Both the position numbers and the translations under genes were made by a program. This document shows positions 1 through 12,648 of a stretch of 64,000 nucleotides of DNA, in pieces. Below the pieces are notes generated by a model that had not been told where the DNA came from, ran no database searches, and saw only the letters and a program-made list of their open reading frames with translations. Each line of letters starts with the position of its first letter. The first letter of the stretch is position 1. The stretch covers positions 1,246,174-1,310,173 of the forward strand of contig ML996691.1 of NCBI GenBank assembly GCA_010356995.1, read 5' to 3'. This DNA comes from Trichodelitschia bisporula. Lineage: Eukaryota.

Positions 1-629
1 TTCCACGGTGACACCCCGCCTCCAGCTTTTCGTCTTTCGTTCAACAGCCAGGGTCTGGCCACCTTGGACATGTACTTGAGCACTGGGCGCAGCGGAAGCG
101 ATATCAGAGCAGCTGCTTGTAGTGTCTATCGGCTCGCAGGCCCGATCCTGGCTGTCGATCCTTTGGCTTCGCGGGGTAGTTTCGTACCGCTCCCCATCTC
201 GAAGAAGCCAGCGAAGGGAAACGGAATCAAAGAAGCGGTTGAATTTTTGGAAACTGAACCATCAGCATCGCTCACAAAGAAAGGCTCTTCTTACTCCTCA
301 TCAAAAGTCGGAATCTCGACTTCCAGCGTAAAGCTGGCATTGATACGAAAGACCTCCCTGGGCGAGTGGCCATGGTCCCGTGAGCGCCATCGCCTCCAGG
401 ATTCCCCTTCACCGTCTGTAAACTCCACCTCCACCGGCCCATCCTCATCGAAATGCGTCTCTCGAGAGCCGGCATGGAGAAGGCTGCTTTTCGTTTCGGT
501 GTCCCGCTCGATATAAATAGCCGGCTTGAGGATGCTGATGGCTGTGTAATCCTGCGGGAGCGGAGTGATGCGCTCCTCCAAGTTTGCTAGGCGCACGTGA
601 GACGCTATCTGCGGTCGACATTCCCGCAT
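1..629 (-). CDS. Hypothetical protein, 5' part; runs off the left edge of the window; start uncertain
   Basis: ORF 291-629 ends at a GTAAGA donor (294). A 41-nt intron with CTGAT branch and CAG acceptor (254) joins it to a frame (DFQKFNRFFDSVSLRWLL...) that stays open to position 1. No family recognised. Confidence 0.4.
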
Positions 630-1011
630 TTTGGCTTATCAACTTGGGCAGTGCAAATAACGAGCGATGAGACGGTTCACAGCGAGCAAAAGGAAGCGGG
701 AGGAGCAGCGCCATTTTATTAGATTTATACCGTCTATAAAGGTTGCGAAGTGACAGTGAAGCGTGAGCCAGTAAGGTGCGCGTGGGGCTAGTCAGATGCA
801 GGTTGAGGGTCGGTGGTCGCGATGCCAGAATGACCTGCCGCCTTGGTGTTTCAGACGTCGGATCAGCCACAACATGCAGGAGGATGTGGCTGGAGGCCGC
901 GCCAAGTGGTGTGGCACACCATGAGATCACGACTCCATCATGTCAAAACGCGGACATCTGAACACCTTTTCTCTCTTTATTTCATCGAGCCCATTAATCC
1001 ACCGGCTGTGC

Positions 1012-2589
1012 TCATGGATACTGTCCAAGAATGGTGTCGATCGAGTCTGTTGACACTTCGTATTTGGTGCAGTCCTTGTCATACTCGTTCGGATTCCCGT
1101 ACGAGACCTCAGGCTTGTTGTTGAAGCCGAACCGGATGAGCGTGGTATCTGCAATGGTTAGTGGCTATTCCATTTTTCGATGCTATACTGACCATTTGGA
1201 TCGTAGGCCTTGTAGCCCAGCTTGGTCAGGCCGTGCTCGGGATCCTTTGCGAAATTCGCCCAAGCCGTCATCATGACCTTTGTCAAGGCGGCCTCATCAG
1301 CCGTGTCCTTGCTCGATCCATTGTTATTGTGTAGCTTCGGCGTGCCGAAAACAAGCGGCAACTCGCTTCCGTGGTACGCTCCGGCTCCCGGCATGATGCG
1401 GTTGTTCGGGTAATCGGCAAAGTAGCGGTACCGCCAGATCGGGATCTTGTAGTCGATCCTCGCCTTTGCGCTCTTCATGGCTACGCACGTGAAGCAGAGG
1501 TTCATCCTCGTCACGTCTGAGTCCGTCATCTGACGCTTGACGACGCGGAAGAAGCCGCCCTCGTTGTGCGTTGATCCCGTAAACGTCGGCCGTTTGGCGA
1601 ACGCGCCGAGCTTGACGCGTGCCGCATAGTCCTCCCAGATGATCTTATCATCGTATGTCGGTCCAAAGGTGGTGCCCGGCACCCGCGGCCCGGTGTTGAC
1701 GTATTTCATAATCTGCCGCCATGACTTCGTCCGCATGCACGGGATGCTCTTCTCGCCAGCCTCCGGGCCACCACATCCCAGCTTCGACGAGGCGTTGAAC
1801 CACGGGCCCAAGTTGTTCTTGTCCGAAATTCCGCGGGTGAAGACGGACCCGGATTGCGGAATGAAGCCCGCGACGATCGGATCCTCCGGCCATGCAAACG
1901 CGTACGCATCAGTGGCACCGCCTCCGGCACTCTCTCCGAAGAGAGTGATGCGCTTTGGATCCCCGCCAAACGCGGCAATGTTGTCCCGTACCCACTCGAT
2001 CGAGGCGCGAATGTCCTCCATGCCCATATTCTGGTGCTCGAAGCCCGGGACGCCCGGGAAGCCGAAGATGTTGAGCCGGTAGTTCATGCTGACCACCACT
2101 ACATCTTGCTGATCTGCCAGCGGTGCACCATTTAGGTACGGCGTTCGGCTCTCGCCGACGTTAAAGCCGCCGCCATAGATGGATACCAAAACCGCCTTAG
2201 CCTTTTCGCCCGTCTGCATCTTAGTCCAGATATTCAGTGTCAAGCAGTCTTCGTCTTGCGTCTTGCTGGAGATGGCATCGCGGGAAGGACAACTCGGACC
2301 CTTCAACGGTCAGATCGCTTCTCATGCGGGATTCTCAACTTACAAAGTCGGTCGCCTTGATTGTTCCATTTCCTTTGTACGGCTGCGGTGGCTTCCATCT
2401 CAGGTTACCGACCGGTGGCGCCGCATATGGAACTCCCAGGTACTCTGACACCTCCGGTGCCAGACGACCCTTCCTCCCCGTAACCGTGAAGCCGCTGCGC
2501 GTGCGGACACCTTGCCCAACAGCCCATGACGACTGCGCCTCCGCCAGCTGAGCCGCCAGCGCCGCGAGCGCGATGCAAAACGAGCGCAT
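1012..2589 (-). CDS. Secreted type-B carboxylesterase / cholinesterase-like alpha/beta hydrolase (3 exons)
   Basis: Signal peptide MRSFCIALAALAAQLAEA; motifs YLGVPYAAPPVGNLRWKPP, EDCLTLNIW, YGGGF and FGGDPKRITLFGESAGG (catalytic Ser); Glu in THNEG and His in AYHGSE. Introns about 2301-2343 and 1150-1192; last exon ends ...ILGQYP*. Confidence 0.93.
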
Positions 2590-3480
2590 TCTGAAAGCGA
2601 ATGTGAATGCGACCCGGAAGGAGTGACTTGGGTCGCTTCCGCGGACACATCTGATTTCTTATTCCAAAGTCTCACTCTGCTTGCCATTTCGCGCGACCAA
2701 AACGAGTGCGAACGTAGATTGGCGAGCGCGTCTTACCATTATTGCGGCGCTCGGGCCTAGGGTCATACACTGTTCGAAGTCGAAATATGCAGGGTTCCTG
2801 CAAACTACGCAAGGCTGATCTCGCATGCCTCGTATTGGCTGCTGGATGGGTGTTTCGCGTAAGTCGCATCCGTTTAGAATTCTGTGGCACAGTTGGCCGA
2901 GGCGTTCGCAAAAGATCTTTCCTTTCTCTTCCGTTATACGTTTCGCCGCATCAGTAGGGCAGTTTTTAAATATTCGGGTCTGCGATGCTGGCTCAAGATC
3001 TCGGCTTCGCGGTTGCCGCGGCTCGTTCGATACGCACACAGGGCTGACCTCTGGGCGCCACGACGATCGTTAAAGGGCTAGGCCACATATTTCCTCGCCA
3101 CTGCAGAATCTCTTTGAGGCATCGAGATCTGATGCTTTACGGCAGATCCGGAACTGGCCATGTCGAATGAATGTCGCCTTCGAGCCTTTTCTCCGGGAGC
3201 AGGCCGTTCAAGGAGAGGCGATTTGCTTACGTTTGCAAAGCCGAGCCGTGTATGTGGGACTTGAAGTAGTGTTCGGGGCCGTCTCCCGATGTATAACATT
3301 GGAAATCATTATACCAGCATGAATAAAACTCCCATCGAATGCCGAGCCCGTATCCAAGCTTTGCAAGCGAGAATGGCGACCCTTCTGGACCGCCTCCCGA
3401 CGAGTACCTCCTTTCGAATACCCACTTCATAGTCTCGCAACCCGCAAATAACCCCCATCAAATCGGACCAGATGTGTCAA

Positions 3481-3569
3481 GGGCGCATGTTCTAGCGGTA
3501 TGATTTTCGCTTCGCATTAACCAAGTGCGGGTATGTGAAAGGTCCGGGGTTCAATTCCCCGTGTGTCCA
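3481..3569 (+). tRNA. tRNA-Ala(CGC) with 17-nt intron (3517-3533)
   Basis: Acceptor stem GGGCGCA/TGTGTCC; anticodon stem TTCGC/GTGAA around TT-CGC-A; T arm CGGGG-TTCAATT-CCCCG; T-run follows. Confidence 0.92.
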
Positions 3570-4523
3570 TCTTTTGGCTGCTGGCCATGTATTTTGGTAA
3601 GTGGAATAGATGGAGCTCTTCTATGATATCCCGGTTCTCCATTGGTACGAACATGTCATTCAGCTTCTTTTCTTGAAGTCTTCGGCACATTTTTTGTCTA
3701 GCTCGGTGCTATTCCGCGGATTGAGTAATAAATTTGCACAGTGGGGCTTCATCAATTTGCGACTACTTCCCGTTTGGGATTGCGGTTCGGCCCGTTGCAT
3801 TTGCTAGCGCGGGTTAGCGGACAGGTCTTGACGAGGATTCATTGGCGGGCAGGTAACTGATGCATTTACACGGAGTATGGATGTACTGTAACCAAATCTT
3901 GCCTCTGTTTTCACTTGTGCAAACTCGCAGTATCCTTCCAGCTTGATGCAGAATATCCCGTTCCTCAATACTCTGGTTAGCCAGCTCTTCTCCTCCAGAT
4001 TCCTGAACTACGAACGCTGGCTGATGTCAGGTGGGCGGTGGTGGGGAATCATAATGCAATGAGGCGAGCATTTGCTCATTGGGGAAATAACAATACCAGA
4101 GAATTCTGGACATTGAGATGGCAAAACGGTCTCAGCGGCTTTTTGGGAGTACATGCTGCAGTAGGTGTGGACTGCTCTACATTCATGATTCAATTCCTGG
4201 TTCACTCTCAGCCTTGCGACCTCCACATTCCGACCCCGTCCGCTGAACGGAGAATTTTGGACTCGCGTCGGCTTCGAGGCCCTACCTCAAGCGCCTACTT
4301 AGTAGTAAATAACACTCCCGAGCCTCAATGGGTTTCAATCTGGAGGAGCGAAGATAGTGTACGGTGGTGGGGCCGGAGAGTTGGCGTGGATGCACCAAGA
4401 GATCGATTGGTCGGAAGCAACACAAACTGTAGGCTGACCGGAAGTCATGGGATGAGCATGGACGTCTCTAACATTTCTCAAATTGGTGTCTTTGTACACG
4501 ATTCCACTCTCCTACACAGCTAA

Positions 4524-5742
4524 CTACTTTGCGTAGGCGAAATGCGTGACAATCAGAGCCATCTGCTCAGCACCATCATCACCGTCGAGAACAGTCTTCA
4601 TCGCACCCATCTTCATGCCACCGTGGCCACCTTGCTCACGCGAGGGATGCTGCTCCAAGTCGTAGTGAGCCTCCATGTAGATCTTGTCACCCTTGGTGAC
4701 CTTGAGGGGCGTGTCGCAAAGGGTCGTCGTAGCGATCGTCTCCCACACCTTGCCGTCTGAAGTGTGGCTAGTATGGCCTGGGCCGCCATACGTGGCCACA
4801 GAGTTGCAGATCTCCTTGTTGTTGACTTTGAAAACGATGTTGACACCACCATCATGTAGATGACCCCGCATGTTAACAATGTACCCATCATGGGCGACAA
4901 CGATGCCCGTGCTATTGACCGAGAACTTGGTCACGCCGTGAGGGGGATGGATACCCGTCCCGCTCTCACCGCTGCACAGCCCGGGATCAACCAGCTGCTG
5001 GCGCGCATCAAGGTACCCAGGCACCTTCCCGGGGAGGAACTCGATCTCAGCGGAAATGTAGACGGTCCGCTCGACGTTGTTGTAGTTGACCACATCCATC
5101 ATGTTCAGCACGTGCCGGTCCTTGGTCAGGTAGTACCCGGACTTGATCTCATTCTTCGCCGCCGCGAAGGTCATCCCCGCGACCTCAGTCGCGCCGCCCG
5201 AGAGGACGGAAATGGGGATTGTCGCCGCCTTCCCTAGGTCTTCACACCCGAACGCCGCCACGGGCGCGGACGTGAAGTCCATGAACACGTTGTGGTGGTT
5301 GTAGATCCCGTCCTTGGTGTCCGCGCGCTGGAACTTCTCGTCCAGGATCATGGTTTCTGTTTCTAGGACCGTGACGTCGCGCGGGTAGTCGTCGGCTACT
5401 AGGTACTGGTACCCTGTGCCGCCCTTGTCCATGGACATGCCGTTGCCGACTCTGGTCGTGCTCTGCGCGGGTTAGGTAAGGCCCAGTCTAATGTTGGTCA
5501 CAACGTACATTTGCGGCCTTGAGCTTGTACGGCCCGTACTGGAGCCGGAGGCGCTTCGCGCCGGCAAAACGAGGGGTGATTTCCTCGACCTTCATGGCCT
5601 TCTTCGGGGTCGCTGTGCGCATGCTTTCGGCGAGAGCTTGGACCTGGGCTGCCACCACATCACCGCCGACCGGAGGGTCGCGCTTCTGGATGGCGGCGCC
5701 ATTGACTACGGCGGACAACAACAGGGTTAGGAGCAACTGCAT
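4524..5742 (-). CDS. Secreted uncharacterised protein (390 aa) with copper type II monooxygenase-like (PHM/DBH, SURNod19-like) motif pattern
   Basis: Signal peptide MQLLLTLLLSAVVNG followed by a Kex2-like KR. A 46-nt intron 5463-5508 (GTACGT..CTAAC..CAG) joins the exons in frame. Motifs YNHHN, RGHLHDGG, KGDKIYMEAHYD, EQM. The gene model is solid; the function is inferred. Confidence 0.8.
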
Positions 5743-6705
5743 GTTTGAGGAGAAATGAACAAATGTCGTTTGACAGACTACGAGTATGTGATGCGCCTGT
5801 CCATCATATATACGTTCCTTACCACGGGAAGCTCGAAATCCCACTTTCAGTGGCCAATGTTTACGCTTGCAGAGCTTCTTGCGATAAGTTGGCGGTGGAT
5901 ATTCAATCAAAGCGCCTGAAAGCTTGATAGCCCTGGGGTGGTGGTCTTAGCCTGATCGACCGTGGGAGTGCCGTTTCCGCGTTTCGCATAAGGGGTATGT
6001 GGGGAACCCGGAGAGAGGCTAGAGTGCCGTACTTTCGCTCCGCATGAGAAGTTCGCGACAAACAGCGGACGAATTACCACGACAGCCGGATGTACAATAT
6101 GCCGTATGAAGCCCTCACTCGAGAAGATAATAAAGCCAGTCAGGTGGCCTTAAGTTTGGTCGCGATATGATCTTCGACACGGAACATCGTCCTTGGTGCT
6201 CGGAGGCGGGGCTCCAAAGCCCTACATCTCGAAAGGTAAACAGAACGAGCACCAAGACGCAGGAACGAGTTTTGCCCAAAATCAAGCAAACAAGCCACGG
6301 GAAGGCTAACGCCGTCTGGACCTTGCCAAATAGATGATTTATGCATCGAGGCTGGAGTGAGGCCGTGGAGCTGGCTGTCTCAGCGCAGTAACTTTGCTCC
6401 AAAGTGCATGGGGCTCAACGGTGGGCCATGGAACGTCCTCGTCAGGCTGGCTCGGGTGGAAATGCTTCCGTCTTGTTGTATAGTGGCTCGGCTTCAAGGG
6501 GCGGCAATGTGTAGGGCATCCTGTGCTTCCGGTGCCGGGCAAGGCTGAAGATGAAGCTGAACGCGCGCGCCCAGAATGATTCAACGCCGTAGTCCGTCGC
6601 AAGATATGATAAACAAGAGGAACGCTCTTTGAGGTCGAGCCTGATGTATTAGTACTCTAGAGTTACGATAAGGAAGGCTAGCTGATACTAAGGAAGAAGA
6701 ATCGT

Positions 6706-6914
6706 TCACTCCCACCACTCCTTAAGGCAGGAGGCACAAATAACATGGCCGCACCCTAAACACGGGGGGCCACATCAACTAGAGTAGGGGCAACATCTTT
6801 GCTCTGGCAATGGCAGCATATCCAGACCCAGTTTACATCGGCCATTTTAGCAGGAGCGGAGTTGTGGTAATTGACATTAGCAGGAGCAAAGGTAGAAGGA
6901 GCCTGGTTGGTCAT
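6706..6914 (-). pseudogene. Small Cys-rich double-zinc-ribbon-type protein with a 1-nt frameshift (or an assembly error)
   Basis: Frame 1 reads MTNQAPS...WVWICCHCQSKDVAPTLVDVAP. Adding one C to the C6 run (6764-6769) continues as PCLGCGHVICASCLKEWWE*, completing WxCCxC...CxxCxHxxCxxC. Confidence 0.6.
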
Positions 6915-7118
6915 TTTAACACAAAAGAATTGATATATCGGCAAATTGAATTGGAATGAGAAGCTGGTGTACGATACTGGTAATCCTTCCTTTGACGGAG
7001 ATCGCGCAATAGCTCCTTCCCATAGCTTCCCCGCCACGGATGCAGCCCCGTAGCTTGGCGCTCATAACTTGTGGATAAGATTGAAGAACGTTTTCCCTGT
7101 ACCTTTGAGCATCAAATA

Positions 7119-7210
7119 TCCGGTATGGTCTAGTGGTTAGGATCACCCGCTCTCATCAGAAGAGTTGCTACGGCGCCGGGTAGGCCCGGGTTCGATTCCC
7201 GGTACCGGAA
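7119..7210 (+). tRNA. tRNA-Glu(CTC) with 20-nt intron (7156-7175)
   Basis: Acceptor TCCGGTA/TACCGGA; anticodon stem ACCCG/CGGGT around CT-CTC-A; T arm CCGGG-TTCGATT-CCCGG; T-run downstream. Confidence 0.93.
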
Positions 7211-8889
7211 TATGTTCACATATGTCTTTTTGCTCTTGGGATGGTTCGTCGTGAAGTCGACCATGATAATTTCTTTTTTAGCGTGAGGATCGGACTAGGA
7301 CGACAGTTATGGCAGAAGCAACTTCAACTGATAGTCTTGTACAGAAAACAGCTCGCCTTCATCACTTTACGTTACCTATTCATCACCCCCCAGAGTAATC
7401 CCTAATCTCAAGACCTTTGACTATAAACGAGGGCAAACTGCCGTCATGCCATCATGTCGACACCATTCCGCAATCCAGCCAATAGCGACATGCGACGGAA
7501 TCTGATTGCCTACGGTACACAGTGTCATAGCCAGCTAGTTCTAGTTCCAGGTGCTAGACGGTGGGATCTGGCCCAGTGGCCGCTGCCTGGTAGTGTATGT
7601 GGGGCACTGATGGCGTGGCATACGGCTGAGGAAAGGTACCATAGTAAAGCTGCCTGGCCAGGACACCGAGTTGAGCACGAGGGTTGGACGTCGAAGGGAG
7701 TTGAAGCGTTAAAGGGGCTTTGATAGTGAGGTCGGTAGCGCCGCACGCGAGAAAGCAAGGCCGGGTTCGTCGCGTGTTGTTGACTTCTTTGTTGGCCTCG
7801 CGGTGGCTGAGCTGGGTGCGGGGTTGCTGGGAGCGTTATCGATAGCCCAATTGGGAAGGTCGCTGTGGCGGTGCAACACGTGTGACTTGGCATGGTTTGC
7901 TGGCTCTTTCGCTGACTTCTTGCTGATGACTCGAAAACGGGAGTCACTGCGCATGGTGCTGATTGCAAAGGTCAGTAAGACGAACTCTCGACACCGTAGC
8001 AGCTCATAGACACCGGTCGGGCCGGAGTCAAAAAAGATAACGGCGAAGCCACTGCGTCACCTGAAGCCGAAGGAGCCCGGATCATCACGGGGCACGGGCC
8101 TAGTGCAAAGCCCCCCTGTCGCCGCTGCGTGTGCAGCGTGCAGTGAATGGCAGAGCTGTCCGTGCCACTTCTCCAACTTTGTCATCCTCACTGTAAAGTG
8201 TGAAAGCAACTCTACACCTCCACCTCTCTGCCTCATCTCTCTCCTCCTCGCAACCTATATTCACCTACCTCTCGCTCCTTGCCAACTTCTCACTTCTAGG
8301 CGTCTCGAGATCTTTGGAGAGGAGGGTCGTCGTGCTGAGGCAAAGGACCACATATACTTGGCCATCTCTCGCTGCCTGGCTCCATCGGCCGCCACCGTCA
8401 ATATCTCTGGTACTCTCGTCCCGACATCCCCACCCTATCGCTCGCCCGGCCGCTTTCCGTCAGACCAGCTAGGTTCCCGCAAGTCGCAGTCATACAGTCA
8501 CCGACCTGCCTCACACTCTCCGCCTGTTGTAGCCTTACAGGCTCACCATATCCTCCACTCTTCGATCCCCGCTAGGTCGCAGCCACAGCCCCCGGAGCCA
8601 CCTCCCACTACCCCCCGCCTTACGCATATCACCCCCCTTCCCCTCTCCCGCGCTGTCGGTCTCGTCAGACTAGGTCGACGAGATTCGGCACCGTATAAAC
8701 ATCACCACGGCTCGGTCTCAGAACGGTCGGAAGCGAAAACTATCCTCAACTTCCCGCACTGCCGCCGAACCCGTCGCCAAGAAGCTGCCATCGCTGTCCA
8801 GAGTTGGCTCCGAGTCCCTGCTGACGCAACTGCCTCCCAGTGTTTTGCCCTTCTCGCCCGCTCCGACCCCAGCTACCACGACCGCGGTT

Positions 8890-10597
8890 ATGGAGTCCGA
8901 TGACGAGATCAATAGCTTCCACACGAGTGACGATGAGGGCATGGACGACCCTGATAGCGACCTCAGCAACGGTGAGGGTAAGCGAAGCCTCCGTCCTAGG
9001 CTTCTCATAGCTAATGTTTTATACCAGATTCTGATGTCGAAGACGAGCTAGAGGAGTACGACGGCGATGACGTGGGCTTCGAGAGCCAAGAGAAAATCGG
9101 AAAGCAGCAGAAGAAGCCATACGAAGTTGACTTCAAGGTCTACAGCCCCGAAGACATCCAGCGCGCACAGCAGCGCACCGTCGATGAGGTCAAGGGCGTG
9201 TTACAACAGTCACCTGAAGCCACGGCTATCCTTCTCCGCTCCTTCCGATGGAATAGGGACAAGCTCATCGATGCATACATGGAGCGACGTGAGGCCGTCC
9301 TCGAGCAGGCTGGCCTGGGCGATGAGGCTTCCTCAGGGGCCAAGATCATGACCGTCCCTGGCTTCTGCTGCGAGATCTGCTGGGACGACTCCCCAGAGAT
9401 GCAGACTTTCGCCATGAAGTGCGGACATCGCTTCTGCGTCGACTGCTACAAGCGCTACCTAACCACGAAGATTAAGGAGGAGGGTGAAGCGTCTAGGATT
9501 CGATGCCCAGGCGATGACTGTAGCCGTGTCGTCGACTCCAAGTCTATCGATCTCCTGGTGTCGGAGGACGCTCACGACCGGTACGTTCTTTGCCTTAAGG
9601 AAGTGCCTCGCTGACCCTGCAGCTATCTCGAACTTCTCACGCGCACATACGTTGACGACCTCGAGAACCTCAAGTGGTGCCCGGCACCTAACTGTGTCTA
9701 CGCCGTCGACTGCAAGATAAAGCCGCGCGATCTCCCCCGCATTGTGCCGACAGTGCACTGCGACTGCAGCCACGAGTTCTGCTTCGGTTGCACGCTCAAC
9801 GATCATCAGCCTGCCCCATGCATGCTGGTCAGGAAGTGGCTGAAGAAATGCGAGGATGATTCGGAGACGGCGAACTGGATCTCGGCGAACACAAAGGAGT
9901 GCCCGCGGTGCCACTCGACGATTGAGAAGAATGGCGGGTGCAACCACATGACGTGCCGCAAGTGCCGGCATGAGTTCTGCTGGATGTGTATGGGAGTGTG
10001 GAGCGAGCACGGAACCAGCTGGTACAACTGCAACCGGTACGAGGAGCGGTCTGGTGCCGAGGCGCGTGATGCGCAAGCCAAGTCGCGGCAGTCGTTGGAG
10101 CGCTATCTGCATTACTACAACCGCTACGCCAACCACGAGCAGTCGGCGAAGCTGGACAAAGACATCTACATCAAGACGGAAAAGAAGATGACGCAGCTGC
10201 AGACGACTGCGGGTATGTCGTGGATAGAGGTGCAGTTCCTCGAGGCGGCGTCGCAGGCGCTGCAGCAGTGTCGCCAGACGCTCAAGTGGACGTATGCTTT
10301 CGCCTTTTACCTGGCGCGCAACAACCAGACGGAGATCTTTGAGGACAACCAAAAGGATCTGGAGTTTGCGGTGGAGAACCTTAGTGAGATGTTTGAGAAG
10401 CCGGTTGACCAGCTTGCGGGTCTGAAGGTCGACATGATGGACAAGACCTCGTACTGCAACCGCCGGCGCATCATTCTGCTCAGCGACACGGCTGAGAACC
10501 TGAAGAACGGTATGTTTGCTGTGGCTGTATATTCGGAGTACCGCTAACCGCGCTAGGTAACTGGGAGTTCAACGTTGACTTCGACACGCCGCGCTAA
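8890..10597 (+). CDS. HEL1: Ariadne-family RBR E3 ubiquitin ligase (ARIH1/Hel1/Dbl4-like), 4 exons
   Basis: Acidic N-terminus; RING1 (CEICWDD..CGHRFCVDC..CPGDDC); IBR (WCPAPNC..CDCSHEFCFGC); RING2 TKECPRCHSTIEKNGGCNHMTC; Ariadne domain LERYLHYYNRYANHEQS. Introns about 8978-9027, 9581-9621 and 10510-10556. Confidence 0.93.
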
Positions 10598-11545
10598 GTG
10601 CAGTGAGTGAGGGCCGTTCAGATAGAATATGAGGCGTTGATGCGATTGGTTGCGTGCGCTTCTGCTTTCGTTCCACTTTTGGGTGTTTCCTTTTTCGGGT
10701 ATTTGCATAGCTTGGTGTTTAGGTCGGCGCTGGGAGACGGTACGAATCATCTGTCTCCGTGATGGCGGACGGGAGGATCATGGGGTTGCAACCTACGGAT
10801 TGAAGCGACAACCGAGGGTTTTGAGTGCGTTGGACTTGAGCGAGGATATCACTTGGGCGAGGATGTTCATGGTTCCTGATGGGCGAAAAATCTCACTCCG
10901 CTGTGGTTATGTGCTTTTATTTGCTTTGGCATGTTTTCTTATGGCGATAGATCGTTTGCAACATTTGCTTGGTTTCATTACGTCTTATCGTCGGGGTTGG
11001 GACTCTTTACTCCGCTGCTGGTGGTGGGGGGAGGGAGGGCGAGGGATGGTGATGTGGGATGTACGATGCCCTTTTTGTTTCTCTTCTCAGCTGTCTCGGG
11101 GGGTAGGGGAGAGGAAAGAAAGCAGAGTATCCCTTTTACATGACCTTGATGCGTGCTGAGGTTTCTGGGAGAGTACCCGACCCCAGCCCTCCGGCTCCAC
11201 GAGGGTGCACCAACGAGGCTGCCACACCCGCAATGGCACCGTCCTCCACGCACCATTCACGCCCTAACCACTCCCCCTTTCGCACGGAACTTTCCAGCCT
11301 CACCGTCCCTCATCATACCCACCCCGGATCATACGACGGGTCCACTCCACGCCAGTGTGTGGGGGGATGACATCAGTCCCACGCGGGTACATAACGCAGC
11401 CACGCCTCGCCTCCCACGAGCTCTACCTCCCTCCCGTATCTCGCCGGTGTCAATGAACAACCACCTCAGCACCAACATCCTAAACCTCAGTCCGCCCCTG
11501 CCTTCCCAATCCCCTCCCACCACCCACCCGCCGCCCACCGCGAAA

Positions 11546-11977
11546 ATGGCGCCTCTAGGTATCACCAATACGGGCATCAACGACACGCCCGAAGACCGCA
11601 GCCACACGGCTAGCGGGCATAAGGCGAACTTGTCGAATCCGCGTACGCCCGCCTCCGCCCTCTCTTCCTAACTAACGACGCAGACACGAGCACTACGTCG
11701 AAAGAACACTCCGCCGGGTTGTTAAGGGAGCTCGGCGGGGAAGACGCGTTTTATAGTAAGCACCCGGCACCGATGGGAGATCATAGTGCGCCGGGGATGA
11801 GGAATCGGGGGAATGTGGTTGGGGGGTTGAAGGCGTGAGTGAATATGAATGGAAAGAAAATGGGGGAGGGGGGCTGACTAGGGTAGGACGGTGAATGCGC
11901 CGGAGGAGAGTGGGCGGATTGTTAGTGAGGAGGGGAGGGAAAGGGCGGCGGGGAAGTTGAGGGAGATGGGCGCGTAG
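11546..11977 (+). CDS. Conidiation protein Con-6 family, two repeats, 3 exons
   Basis: Spliced product contains GHKANLSNPHTSTTSKEHS and NVVGGLKATVNAP...VSEEGRERAAGKL, matching Con-6 repeats. Introns 11643-11683 and about 11835-11887. Confidence 0.8.
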
Positions 11978-12648
11978 GTTTCGCTGGGGAAGGGATTGCG
12001 TGCATTACTTGTCTGGAAGTGGACCTAGGGTGGGCAAAGCGAAGCTGACGGGAGCAAGGCTCTAACGCGTGCAACGGCAACTGTGTAAGCTGAAGATTGG
12101 AGTAGAAGACAAAAAGAGGAAGAGAGTCAGAGACTCTCGAGACTTAAATACGCGATGCCAAGTATCCTCCTTTGCTCCTTCCTTATATCATGAGCTTATG
12201 ACATCATGTCCCCTAGTACGCTCCTTTCTGACATAACGATGCTCTTTCCATATCCACATCAGAAGTGGAGCAGTAACGACCGAGGCTGTGAGCTCTGATA
12301 TCGCCTTCATCCTGGCAAGGTTGTGATGACGTTGTCACGAGCCCACCGAAGGACGCCGCGCAGAATCCTGACTGAGACAAAAAAGTCGGCCGGCGAAGGG
12401 TTCGTCGCCATTCTGGGCTTTTGTAGAAGAGGTGTCTCTCCGTTTCTGTGTCTTTGACGATGCGTCTTGGGCCGTGTGGTTGCCTCAAGACGTCTCCAGA
12501 TCCAAGGCTGGAAGACGATGATTCCGTGAGTGTTGACGCGTAACCGCTATCATGAGACCATATTCCTGATGCTACAATGCCTACCTTAACAAAGCACTCT
12601 ACGTCTAGCGCCGTGCACCAATGCATCCATCCAAGATTCGTCTACCCC

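Noticed and set aside
7923..7946. CTGATGA..GAAA as a hammerhead ribozyme
   Set aside because: No stem II between the motifs and no flanking stems; only a simple TGACTC/GAGTCA hairpin.
8103..8903. 266-aa ORF upstream of HEL1
   Set aside because: GTG start, low-complexity and no motif; more likely promoter or 5'UTR.
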